A DNA stretch of 64,000 nt from a virus (Duplodnaviria; Caudoviricetes): the IMG/VR virus record IMGVR_UViG_3300005512_000003. One strand, given 5' to 3'. The notes beneath the pieces are model-generated. The model saw only the letters and a program-made list of their open reading frames with translations. It ran no database searches and was not told where the DNA came from. This document shows positions 28,258 to 37,444 of the stretch, one piece after another. Numbering within the stretch: position 1 is the stretch's first letter; every line of letters begins with the position of its first letter. Made by a program: the position numbers and the translations under genes.

Positions 28258-28653
28258 ATGGAAGATGTATTTGCATCCTTAAGGGATGTTGTAGTTGATG
28301 AGAGCCGTTTTGTGCCAATTGAGGATGGATGGTCAGGTGATTGGATGTATTTTCAACCAGGTCATACGATAAACTTGGGAAGACCAACATCAGAACCACA
28401 AAAACAAAAAGCAAGAGAAAATGCACTCAAACGCAACGTAAATCAAAAGGGTGCTAATAATAGAAACGCAAAGACTTGGCGTGTTGTTTATATTGATGGG
28501 AGAGAGATTATCATAAAATCTATTCACGATTGGGCACAGAGGAATGGATACAGCAAGTCAGGCATTTACAATCTTAAAAACGGTTTATGGAAAAAGTACA
28601 AGGACCTTGTGGCAGTTGAGGAAGTGGCACAGGAGGCACCCACAGCACCCTGA
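28258..28653 (+). CDS. Homing-endonuclease-type DNA-binding protein (NUMOD-like), no recognisable nuclease domain
   Basis: GRPTSEPQKQK, KGANNRNAK, SIHDWAQRNGYSKSGIYNL (HTH-like). TATAAATA at 28228. Confidence 0.6.
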   Translation: MEDVFASLRDVVVDESRFVPIEDGWSGDWMYFQPGHTINLGRPTSEPQKQKARENALKRNVNQKGANNRNAKTWRVVYIDGREIIIKSIHDWAQRNGYSKSGIYNLKNGLWKKYKDLVAVEEVAQEAPTAP

Positions 28654-28694
28654 AACCGTGTATATTAAGAGGGTCAAAGAAACACACCACACAA

Positions 28695-29123
28695 ATGGGA
28701 ACAAGGTCAAGAATCGGAATGGAACTTTCTGATGGCAGTATTCTCTCAATCTACTCACACTGGGACGGATATCCCTCTTGGTTGGGTCGGATTCTTGAAA
28801 CGCACTACAATACAAAGGAGAAAGTAGTAGACCTCATTGATGGCGGCGACATCTCTTGCGCTTGGTCAGATACTGACTGGAGTGGTAATGAGTGGAGTGA
28901 CTGCAAGTATAAGGCACTCACTTATGAACAACGCGGTGAAGATTGTCCTCCTCGTCTTGATGATTCTCTCAAGGATTATGCCAACAAAGACGCAGGTGAA
29001 GAGTATCACTATGTGTACCGTAAGGTTGCTGGTGAGTATACTTGGGTCTGCATTGACATGCATAGTTTTGAGGATAAGGATCCCGAGACCGTTAGTATCC
29101 CCAGTGGAGCACTTGCCTGCTGA
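28695..29123 (+). CDS. Conserved phage early protein (HWDGYP motif)
   Basis: MGTRSRIG...IYSHWDGYP...LG.IL..HY. Preceded by an early box at 28609-28666. Confidence 0.7.
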   Translation: MGTRSRIGMELSDGSILSIYSHWDGYPSWLGRILETHYNTKEKVVDLIDGGDISCAWSDTDWSGNEWSDCKYKALTYEQRGEDCPPRLDDSLKDYANKDAGEEYHYVYRKVAGEYTWVCIDMHSFEDKDPETVSIPSGALAC

Positions 29124-29198
29124 TGACTACTTTTATTGTCTGGGCATGTATTTGTGCTCTTCTCTTCATTTTTCTCAAAAACATTGCTACTTTCTGAA

Positions 29199-29447
29199 AT
29201 GACTCCTGAATTCTCTGGTGTGTTCCTGACTGTTAAAAATCACGGTGGGATGTATACGGTTTGCACTGAAGGTGAACTGTTTTATGCTCCAATGTATCGT
29301 GATGGAAGTGTAAACCTGGAAGAGTTTGACATTGTTGACTTCTGGGATTCTGAGGTTGATGCTGAAGAACTGGAGGGGATTCAGTCGGCACTGATTGATA
29401 TGATGCAACGTGCTGGTCTTTATTTCAAACAACCCCTGACAGTGTGA
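29199..29447 (+). CDS. Acidic hypothetical protein
   Basis: ATG at 29199 within the listed ORF. Confidence 0.5.
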   Translation: MTPEFSGVFLTVKNHGGMYTVCTEGELFYAPMYRDGSVNLEEFDIVDFWDSEVDAEELEGIQSALIDMMQRAGLYFKQPLTV

Positions 29448-29590
29448 TGATACCATTTACTAAAGAACAACTATTACTCATTGCTGAAGCAGTTGAGGAT
29501 TATGGTGTGTTGGTGGACGAAGACTCTGCTGACGAATGTGGTGAGATTCTTGATACTATTGAAGCATATCTTACAAACTATGAAGATTAG
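29447..29590 (+). CDS. Small acidic protein, paralogue of 31088
   Basis: MIPFTKEQLLLIAEAVEDYGVLVDEDSADECGEILDTIEAY. Confidence 0.65.
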   Translation: MIPFTKEQLLLIAEAVEDYGVLVDEDSADECGEILDTIEAYLTNYED

Positions 29591-29966
29591 TGTGATATAA
29601 TGATAGAATCTCTTAACTTTCAGGGCAATGTTACCACCTTCATTGGCTTTGTTGGCGTGGGTGCCACGATTATTACTCTTGTGGTTGCTTTCCGTCGCTT
29701 TTTCCGCTACAGTTACAGCATTGACAGGATAACCAAAGATGAATGAGATTGAAGTAAATCTGACTGCTGGAGAACTGAGGTATCTCATTGACATTATGTG
29801 GGCAACAACCAGACATGAATCTCAAGCATATGCTGTTCGGCATAACGTCAATGATGTAGAACTTGAGAAGAAACTTCAAATATCTCTGGGAATACTGTTG
29901 GCGGATGAATAGTAAAGAAAAACTCATCTTTATCACTTCTTTTGTTTGGTTTTTACATTGGGGCAC

Positions 29967-30443
29967 ATGTCTGAGTTCTCTCATCATGGATACGGTTATT
30001 CTAAAGAACTCTGTGAGGATGCTACCTCTTGGTTTTTGAGTACCTTTTTTCCGCGACACAAAATTGATCTTGTAATCATTCATCGTGGACTCAGACGTGA
30101 AAAAGTATGGGGATATTGTGACGTGGTTGATGAACGTAAACTGCCACGTCAGTTTATTATAGAGTTGTGTACTTATATGGATGAGGAGTTGTATATAAAA
30201 ACTCTTTTGCATGAACTGACCCATCTGGCACAATGGGTACGTGGTTCGCTGCGAGTTCGTTATGGAAAAATGTGTTATTCTAAAGAACCAGTGGAAAAGT
30301 GGGACTATTGGCATCAACCACATGAGATTGAGGCAAGAGAGGAAGAAGAAAGACTATATGAATGGTATCTGATTGATAAACAAGGTGTACCAGCTGGTAA
30401 GGTGTCCACTGGTCTACCCAACCGCCTCTGCGGTGCTGTATGA
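29967..30443 (+). CDS. Zn metallopeptidase-like protein (HEXXH)
   Basis: TLLHELTHLAQ and PHEIEA. Confidence 0.75.
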   Translation: MSEFSHHGYGYSKELCEDATSWFLSTFFPRHKIDLVIIHRGLRREKVWGYCDVVDERKLPRQFIIELCTYMDEELYIKTLLHELTHLAQWVRGSLRVRYGKMCYSKEPVEKWDYWHQPHEIEAREEEERLYEWYLIDKQGVPAGKVSTGLPNRLCGAV

Positions 30444-30470
30444 TTACAAAGTAATCGAGGGGCACCACCC

Positions 30471-30722
30471 ATGACCGTCCAAACCGTGAAGCACTCCTTC
30501 TACAAGATCGAGATCGACACCGTGGACGCTCCCCAGCACCCCATCGTATACTTCCGCAAGTGTGGCAAGTGTGCCACTGCTAAGGGCATGGATCGCCAGC
30601 ACAATCGCATCGTGAACGAGACTGTGGAGGCATGGCGTCAGTTTGAGGGTCAGATCCGTCGCTACACTGTCTCTCGTGTACCAGCTGACGTAGTGGTCGG
30701 TGGTGAGATCCGCAACGCCTGA
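30471..30722 (+). CDS. Early hypothetical protein
   Basis: Follows an early box at 30387-30444; host-like codon usage. Confidence 0.6.
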   Translation: MTVQTVKHSFYKIEIDTVDAPQHPIVYFRKCGKCATAKGMDRQHNRIVNETVEAWRQFEGQIRRYTVSRVPADVVVGGEIRNA

Positions 30723-31087
30723 TCCACCCTATACTAAACACATCAGCAAACGACCCATGACCATCACCGAACGGAACCAACGACTCTACGAACTGCGTCA
30801 CAAGCTGTTAATGAAACGTGCCGAGGTTGAGATGGTTGAGCGTGAAATCTACGCTGTCCGTCAACAATACAAAGATGCACAGATGGGCGACCTTTACACT
30901 GCAATGTTTGGAGAATGATGATGATTACCAACAAAGCATACATGATCCGCATCATGAAAAATTGTGAGTATGCAGACACACTCACAAGAGAGGAAAAGTT
31001 TCAAGTATTCTGCAATGTGTGTGACAACATGCTCAAGGAAGGTAGAATGACCAAAGCAACTCACAAGCGTTTCACGGAGATCTGGTA

Positions 31088-31228
31088 ATGTTTACTGAAC
31101 AACAAATAATGCTGATTGCTGATGCTGTAGAGGATTATGGTGTGCTGGTAGATGAAGAAACCTACGAAAAATGTGATGAGATTCTTGCCATCATCGATGC
31201 TTACATTCTAAACAAAAACAACCAATGA
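31088..31228 (+). CDS. Small acidic protein, paralogue of 29447
   Basis: MFTEQQIMLIADAVEDYGVLVDEETYEKCDEILAIIDAY. Confidence 0.65.
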   Translation: MFTEQQIMLIADAVEDYGVLVDEETYEKCDEILAIIDAYILNKNNQ

Positions 31229-33875
31229 CCATGCAAATTTCTCAAGAACAACACGACCAACTGATCGAACTGATTGAAGACTCCGTTGAGTATTTTTGTG
31301 ATGAGAATATGCTCTCTGGGGAACTTGTTTATACCATCCTGGAGTGCCATGCACGCGCTAAGGTGTATGAGATGCAAGGAATCGTAACAGAGGACTCCTG
31401 GATGGACGCCTGAGGGACTGTCCACTCTGCCCCCGAGTCTGCCCCACTCTGCCCTATACTATAGAAGTCGTCAAGGGAACAGCACATGCGAATGGTTCAC
31501 ACCGATCCCAAGGTTGAGATGATTGTTGACTTCAACTGGTGTCAGGACAGCGACCGTTTCATTCACAAAACTGTCCGTCTTGGTAGTGTTGAATCGCATT
31601 CTACTATCTCACGTTGGGATTGGGATCGTGAGATGACTCAACGTCTGGCAAGTGGTTGGAAAGTTGAGTTCTGGGATATGATTCAAACTAACCGTAATCC
31701 TATGTCTGGTGCTTGTTGATGTTATCTGAAGTCACAAATGATGATTGGATGAACTTCTGGGAAGGTCCAACTCCTCAAGATTTACCTACGATTCGCAAAC
31801 CACAAATGATTGAAGTTGAACAAGAATACATTGATGGAATGATCAAGCGTCTTGAAGATGCGATTGATGTGTGTTATACTGCACCTGAGAATCAAAAGGA
31901 GCAAGGTTATCCTTATGCCACAGGTTATTCCCGCTCTTGTATGATTGCTATTATGGAAATGCTCCAGGAGTTAAAAAAATGACGATTGAAGGACGCCCTT
32001 ATGTCGGACCAGACACAACCTATGCAGAGCAGCGTAAGCAACGATTGCAGGATTGTGTTGATGACTATCTGCAAGACGATGAAGTTTCACCTTTGACTTT
32101 TTACAATGAACTGAAGGATTGTGTGAGTGATGTGAGTGAGTATCACAAAAAGCAAATGGAAAGAGCAAGTGGATTGATGAAACTGATTAGTCCGATTCAG
32201 TTTCAACAGGAGATACATATTGAAGAAAATCAATGTTAAATGGATGAACAGACTAAGTTGATTCTGGCACTATATCAAGTGGAAGGAATCACTAAACTCA
32301 CACAAAACAACGAGTATAAGCAATACATTTACAATCACCTCAATCCCATTTACTATGAACTTCAGCGACAACTCTCTAATCTCCAACATGGACAAGAAAC
32401 TGGCAGAAATGGACACGGACGAACTGATGATGTTTCTGGAGGAAGCGGAGAAGAAAGCATCTGAACTTGAGATCACAGTTGATTATTATATTGCAGAGTT
32501 CTGCGGAATCTGATAAAATAGTAAGGTAATCTACAGAGACACATGAAACGCATTGTTGTTGATTTTTCGGAAGAAGAGTTTGAACTGACGATCGACGCGC
32601 TTGAAGCGATTGCTCAAAGTGACGATTATGCTTCAGACATTTGTAATGACATCATTGACAAACTGTACGATGGCGCAAAAGAACTCTCCTGAGGTTTATC
32701 ATGAACTCCCCCAAAGTTTTCCACACACTGCGCCAGAAGGGTACAGATACGAGGCAGTTTGCTTTAAACGCAATGTTATTGCAGTGTGGACTGTATATGA
32801 TCGTGGGTTTGTCTACAGTGATTATGCTCCAGTTCGTTGTATCTGGGGATTCTTCAACACAAAGACAGGAACCTATTCAGCGCCTATTAACTCCACCAAG
32901 TGTGGAGATCCAGTAGACATTAAGGATACAACTCCTTATTCAGCAATGCAACTCAATCTCAATCCATTAGAGAGAGCATTTCTATGACTGCCACATTCTA
33001 CACACCAAAGGTTAATGATTATGTAAAATGGGACAAGGTTGAAGGTTGGATCTATTGGATTGATGAGCAATCAACATATCTTACGATTGAGATTGCAGTC
33101 AAACCCAAAGATGATGAAAACATTCATCATAGTCCACTTCACCGCAAGGTTCATTGTTTGGTCGTTTGTTATTCACATGACTGGCCAAAACTTGTTTATG
33201 TCAAATCGCGAAAATCAGTTCATGACGATGAAGTTCAAAGTTGAGTATCTGTTTCCTAAGAAGAAGGGATATTCCAAGCAATCTGCAGTCTTTTATGATG
33301 TCAGAGATGCAATGATGTGGGAGCGTCATGTAAAAGAGAAAGGTTGTATTGACACTGAAGTATTGCCAGTATTCTAATGGAAAGTAACTATGACAAGTTG
33401 AAGAGTTATCTGAATGCCAAGTATGAGTATTTGGCTGCAATGGGAAAGCACAATCTTTCTGAAAGAGAAGGAGCAGAGTGTGAGTATCAATGGCGAATGA
33501 TGATTGACATTATGGAATATGTTGATAAACTGGATGAGATGGATGCATTGATCGAAAGTCTACCTACAGGAAACATCACACTGATTACAAATGCCAAGAG
33601 TCAAAACCAGTGATAAGTTATCTTCAAATCTGAAGGAACTTACAACCACAAAACCAAAGACCAACCCAAGCGCCAAGAGAAAGAAAAAGGAAGAGATCAA
33701 ATGCACTCGATCGCGAGACAAAGAGTTATTCCCTCATAATGCATTTCCATTTCGCTTAGATCATAAGAATGAAAAGCGAGTTTGTTGGTTTGAGTGTTAT
33801 GAACATGCAGAGAAATACATCACTCGATACTCATTAACATCAAAAGATTACACATTAAAGAAACCCTGGAGTTAA
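31225..33875 (+). other. Run of coupled small hypothetical early ORFs (e.g. 31225, 31486, 31713, 32240, 32543, 32670, 32984, 33377, 33591)
   Basis: Tightly packed + strand ORFs with overlapping start/stop codons; early box at 31403-31460. Confidence 0.6.
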
Positions 33876-34185
33876 GAAATCATGACCTGGACACTGAAGA
33901 ACAATGCTGCTGTTTCCCGCCGATTGGAGAAGGTTGGAGATGTCAATCTTGACACTCATGAAGGACGAAGTGCAGTTGGATATTGCTATATGGAATATGT
34001 TTCCGAACCACAGATGATTACATATGAAGAGGAGGAGGAAGAATGATTCTGAAGCAATGTAAGTCAAACTGGTATTATGTCTTCTGGGGCATTTGTACTG
34101 TTACGGTATTAGCAGGGCAAGTGTATATTGGTACTGGTTATCATCGTTTTGCTAATTCTATCAACGCTTATATCACACAGACTCA

Positions 34186-34758
34186 ATGAAACCATTAACA
34201 CTGTCACAACTGAATCGAGTCAGTGCATTAAATCCAATGCAATCTGATCCTTCATTTCTACCATTGGTGAATGATTATGTCCAACGATGGAGTTCACTCT
34301 CTGAAGAAGGATTGGATCATGTTGCACTGATTCGGTGTATTGAATGTACCAATGGTTGTGTACAGTATGCCTTTCGCGACAATAGCGACAAAGCATTGTC
34401 TGTTGAACAAACGCGAGAAGCAATGAAGACTAGCATGTCTTTTATTAAGACAAAGAGTCTCACATTGCCTAATCATCAAACAATCAATGCACTCCCTGAA
34501 ATACACTCCCTCATGGATGAAACAAGGACTCTTTATGTTGAAGGATTCAAGAAAGGTAATCCAGAGATGACAAAAGAGTTCTTTGCTTCTTCTGTCGCCC
34601 AGTTGTATGTGTGTGGAAAAGAAAGGATTGTCAAACAAATGAAGTTTGTGAAGGAACACTTTACTGATACATTTACAGAGTTTTGGTTAACAATGGGATT
34701 ATCATATATGATGCAGTTTCTATTACCATTAGAAGACTATACACATACTAAACCTTAA
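34186..34758 (+). CDS. Hypothetical protein (190 aa)
   Basis: Long ORF with IRCIECTNGC; converges on the HNH gene with overlapping stops. Confidence 0.65.
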   Translation: MKPLTLSQLNRVSALNPMQSDPSFLPLVNDYVQRWSSLSEEGLDHVALIRCIECTNGCVQYAFRDNSDKALSVEQTREAMKTSMSFIKTKSLTLPNHQTINALPEIHSLMDETRTLYVEGFKKGNPEMTKEFFASSVAQLYVCGKERIVKQMKFVKEHFTDTFTEFWLTMGLSYMMQFLLPLEDYTHTKP

Positions 34759-35204
34759 ACATTATTGTATCTGACATTATTCACTAAGATTTTAATATAT
34801 TTCTGCATTCTATCCCATTCTGTTGTAGGCATGATTGTTATACCATTATCAAGGTGAACTATCTCATCAGTATAGGAATGAGGTATCTCTACTGTTTTAT
34901 TCTTATGACGATATATCCATTCTAAGTTAGATGCATTGTTATTGAGTTTATTACCATCTTTGTGTATAATGATCATACCATCTTCATATCCTTCACAGAA
35001 AGCAAATCCAACTAATCTGTGTACATAGAAAGGACGAGCATATTTCTTATCTTTATCATATACACTTACCATATAGAGAGATGCACCGTTTCTTTCTTTT
35101 AGGTATTGTTTAAGTTTCTTACCTGTCTTCTTATTGTATACCTCACCCTCTTCTGATACAATGGTATTGTCAAGAGAAGGATGTAGTTCAGAGAGATCGT
35201 ACAT
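34755..35204 (-). CDS. HNH endonuclease (NUMOD4-HNH type); the only convincing minus-strand gene
   Basis: VHRLVGFAFC...IIHKDGNKLNNNASNLEW. Confidence 0.85.
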   Translation of the reverse strand: MYDLSELHPSLDNTIVSEEGEVYNKKTGKKLKQYLKERNGASLYMVSVYDKDKKYARPFYVHRLVGFAFCEGYEDGMIIIHKDGNKLNNNASNLEWIYRHKNKTVEIPHSYTDEIVHLDNGITIMPTTEWDRMQKYIKILVNNVRYNNV

Positions 35205-35457
35205 ACTGATAATATAGAGGGAAGGTGAAGGTTGTGCTCTATATTTTATGTATAGTGCATAGGTTAATCATAGGTTCTAGGTTTAATAAATGGTTAAAAA
35301 AATAGTATAGAGTAATGTATATGGATTGTGTTCTATAGAATCTAGACGAGAATGTGTGTATCATCATATAATCATCATATAAGTCTCGTCTAGAATCATC
35401 ATATATGTCTCATAAAGTCTCGTCTAAATGTGTGATCTTATAGTCAGCTTAGCCCGC

Positions 35458-35515
35458 AGTCTATCAGATCTCGACGAGAATGTCAAGCACACGCGCCCAG
35501 ATTTCGCAGTGGCAC
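35458..35515 (-). promoter_or_regulatory. Leftward early promoter
   Basis: Minus strand TTGACA (35486-81)-17 nt-TAGACT (35463-58), with the dyad box at 35494-35515 lying 30 nt from the -10. Confidence 0.65.
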
Positions 35516-35544
35516 ACAGTCTCATAAGTCTCGACGAGATACAC

Positions 35545-35573
35545 TTGACATCCGCAGTCACATACAGTATCAT
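35545..35573 (+). promoter_or_regulatory. Rightward sigma70-type promoter inside the array
   Basis: TTGACA-17 nt-TATCAT. Confidence 0.6.
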
Positions 35574-36104
35574 ATAAACATCTCGACGAGATGTGCAGAG
35601 GTACGCAGTACACCACAGCGTACATATCTCGACGAGATACACATAAATCCACACATATCACATACAGTCATATACTGCGTACACATAATCTCGACGAGAT
35701 ATGTACATAATTACACATCACATCTAGTACACATATAGAGCACATATACTGCGTGTGTTCTAGTATAGAGCACACAGTGTACCATTGCACTATATTACGT
35801 GCATATATAATTACTGTGCGATGCATTAATGCGTAGCACATGTTGACGAGCACGGACATATCTGTTAGTATACTAATGTATCGCAGGTCGCTCCAATGAT
35901 TTCTTACGCTCAAAAACAAAAGTATCGAATCACCCTGGAAGTTGAGGTTCTAGATGACCCTGACTTCGCATTTGATCCTTTCCAGATTAACTGGTCTGAT
36001 GTTTTGTGTTTAGAACCTGCAGAGGATTGCACTGCATACGTAGAAGATCTATCACGAGATCTTCAGGAAGTATGGTAGGAATAAGACAGTTTTTATAGTG
36101 TCAC

Positions 36105-36131
36105 AAGACCCCTTGCGAGGGGTCTTTTTTT
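36105..36131 (+). terminator. Terminator hairpin inside an early promoter
   Basis: AGACCCCT-TGCG-AGGGGTCT-TTTTTT. Confidence 0.8.
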
Positions 36132-37416
36132 GTGCAATAGTACTATCACGTTCAAAGATTCGTGATGTCTGACCTTCTGGAAATGTTGTCTGCTCGTGAA
36201 CAGTTGATGGAGGACATTGATGCTATTATTGAAGGTTTTTACTTTGATAATCCAGTTCAGAACTGCTGCGGCGCTGACCGTCTCCAACTAACTGCCACTG
36301 ATCGTGATGAACTCACTCGCATCTTATGTGATGCTGTCTGCCGTAACTTTCCTGCTCAATGATAACAATGTGTGCCAATAGTTTTAGTGGCACAATAAAT
36401 GAGCACAGTGCTCAAAATCGTGTATTGTATTCTCAAGTTCAAAAACAAAGCAAAATGATTCTCTCTGGCGCTGATGTTCGGATGGCATTAGTTTCCCGTC
36501 GTGGTGAACTGATTCGTTGTTCATCTATCACCAAAGATGATACTTTTGATCAACAGATTGCTGCTCTCGATGTTGCTATTGAAAAACTTTGGGATGCAAA
36601 GCAAATCGAACTCAACATCGTTAACTGAACATCAATGAAAAACTTTCGTGTTCGTGTTGAAACTTACGACGGATGTGTGACCATTTGGCATGAGAAATCA
36701 AAGGCAAAAACGGCTGATAAATTGATTCTCAATCGTGTCTACAATCAACTCTGTGGACTGAACATTAAAGAAGTTTCTGTTACTCCATCTGTTTGATCAT
36801 GAACAAATCCGAACTGACTGCAGCAATCTATCAAGGTCTGGAGAATCTCATCGATAGCAATCAAATGCTCCATGATTACTGGGTTTCAGAGTTGTTTACT
36901 GATGAGGGAGATGTTATTTGTGAGGCATGGAATGGTGATACTCTGGCACTGATAGAAAAGGACGTTATGTATCAACAACTCATGTGACGGTCGGGGAACT
37001 GTCCACCATTCTCCCCATTGCCCCCAAAATCCTGTAATTTAAAAGAGTCAAACGAATTCGACCGAATGCGTCTCATCGAACGCCAAATGAACGCCGCCAT
37101 TCTTAACAAGAAAGATTGGCAGAAAGATAACACTATGGTGACACATTCTCACGATGGTGTGAATGCTCCCGTGTCTCATGTGTTTCTTTTCGGTAACAAG
37201 ATTGCCGAGGTTGGTGATAACTTCATTCGTCTTTTTGATGGCGGTTGGCAAACTACCACCACAAAATCCCGTCTGAATGCAATTTTGCAAGCGCACGGTG
37301 AGCAGGGTGATTGTGTCTTTCAGAAGAAGTTTGAGTGGTTCGTGACACTTAACACGAAACAAGGTCTCACCACTGTTCCTTTCTTCTCTTCAATGCGTCT
37401 GGGTTGATTAACACTT

Positions 37417-37444
37417 AAGGGGGACATTCGTGCCCCCCTTTCTT
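37417..37444 (+). terminator. Terminator-like hairpin
   Basis: AAGGGGGACA-TTCG-TGCCCCCCTT-TCTT. Confidence 0.65.

Larger units (their letters stand above)
35341..35760. repeat. Non-coding array of TCTCGACGAGA dyads interleaved with CGCAGT
   Basis: Exact copies at 35469, 35529, 35581, 35627, 35689; variants at 35341, 35384, 35418. CGCAGT at 35455, 35505, 35553, 35604; inverted ACTGCG at 35674, 35748. Confidence 0.9.

Noticed and set aside
35455-35760. CRISPR array
   Set aside because: Repeats are only 11-13 bp, spacing is irregular (46-62), spacers are themselves repetitive, and no cas genes are present.
35424-35919. Minus-strand ORFs across the repeat block
   Set aside because: They are translations of low-complexity repeats (repeated ISSR/LVE) with no protein-like features.
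36043-36064. GAAGATCT-N6-AGATCTTC dyad as part of the repeat array
   Set aside because: Lies in coding sequence (EDLSRDLQ), has a different core and occurs once; plausibly chance.
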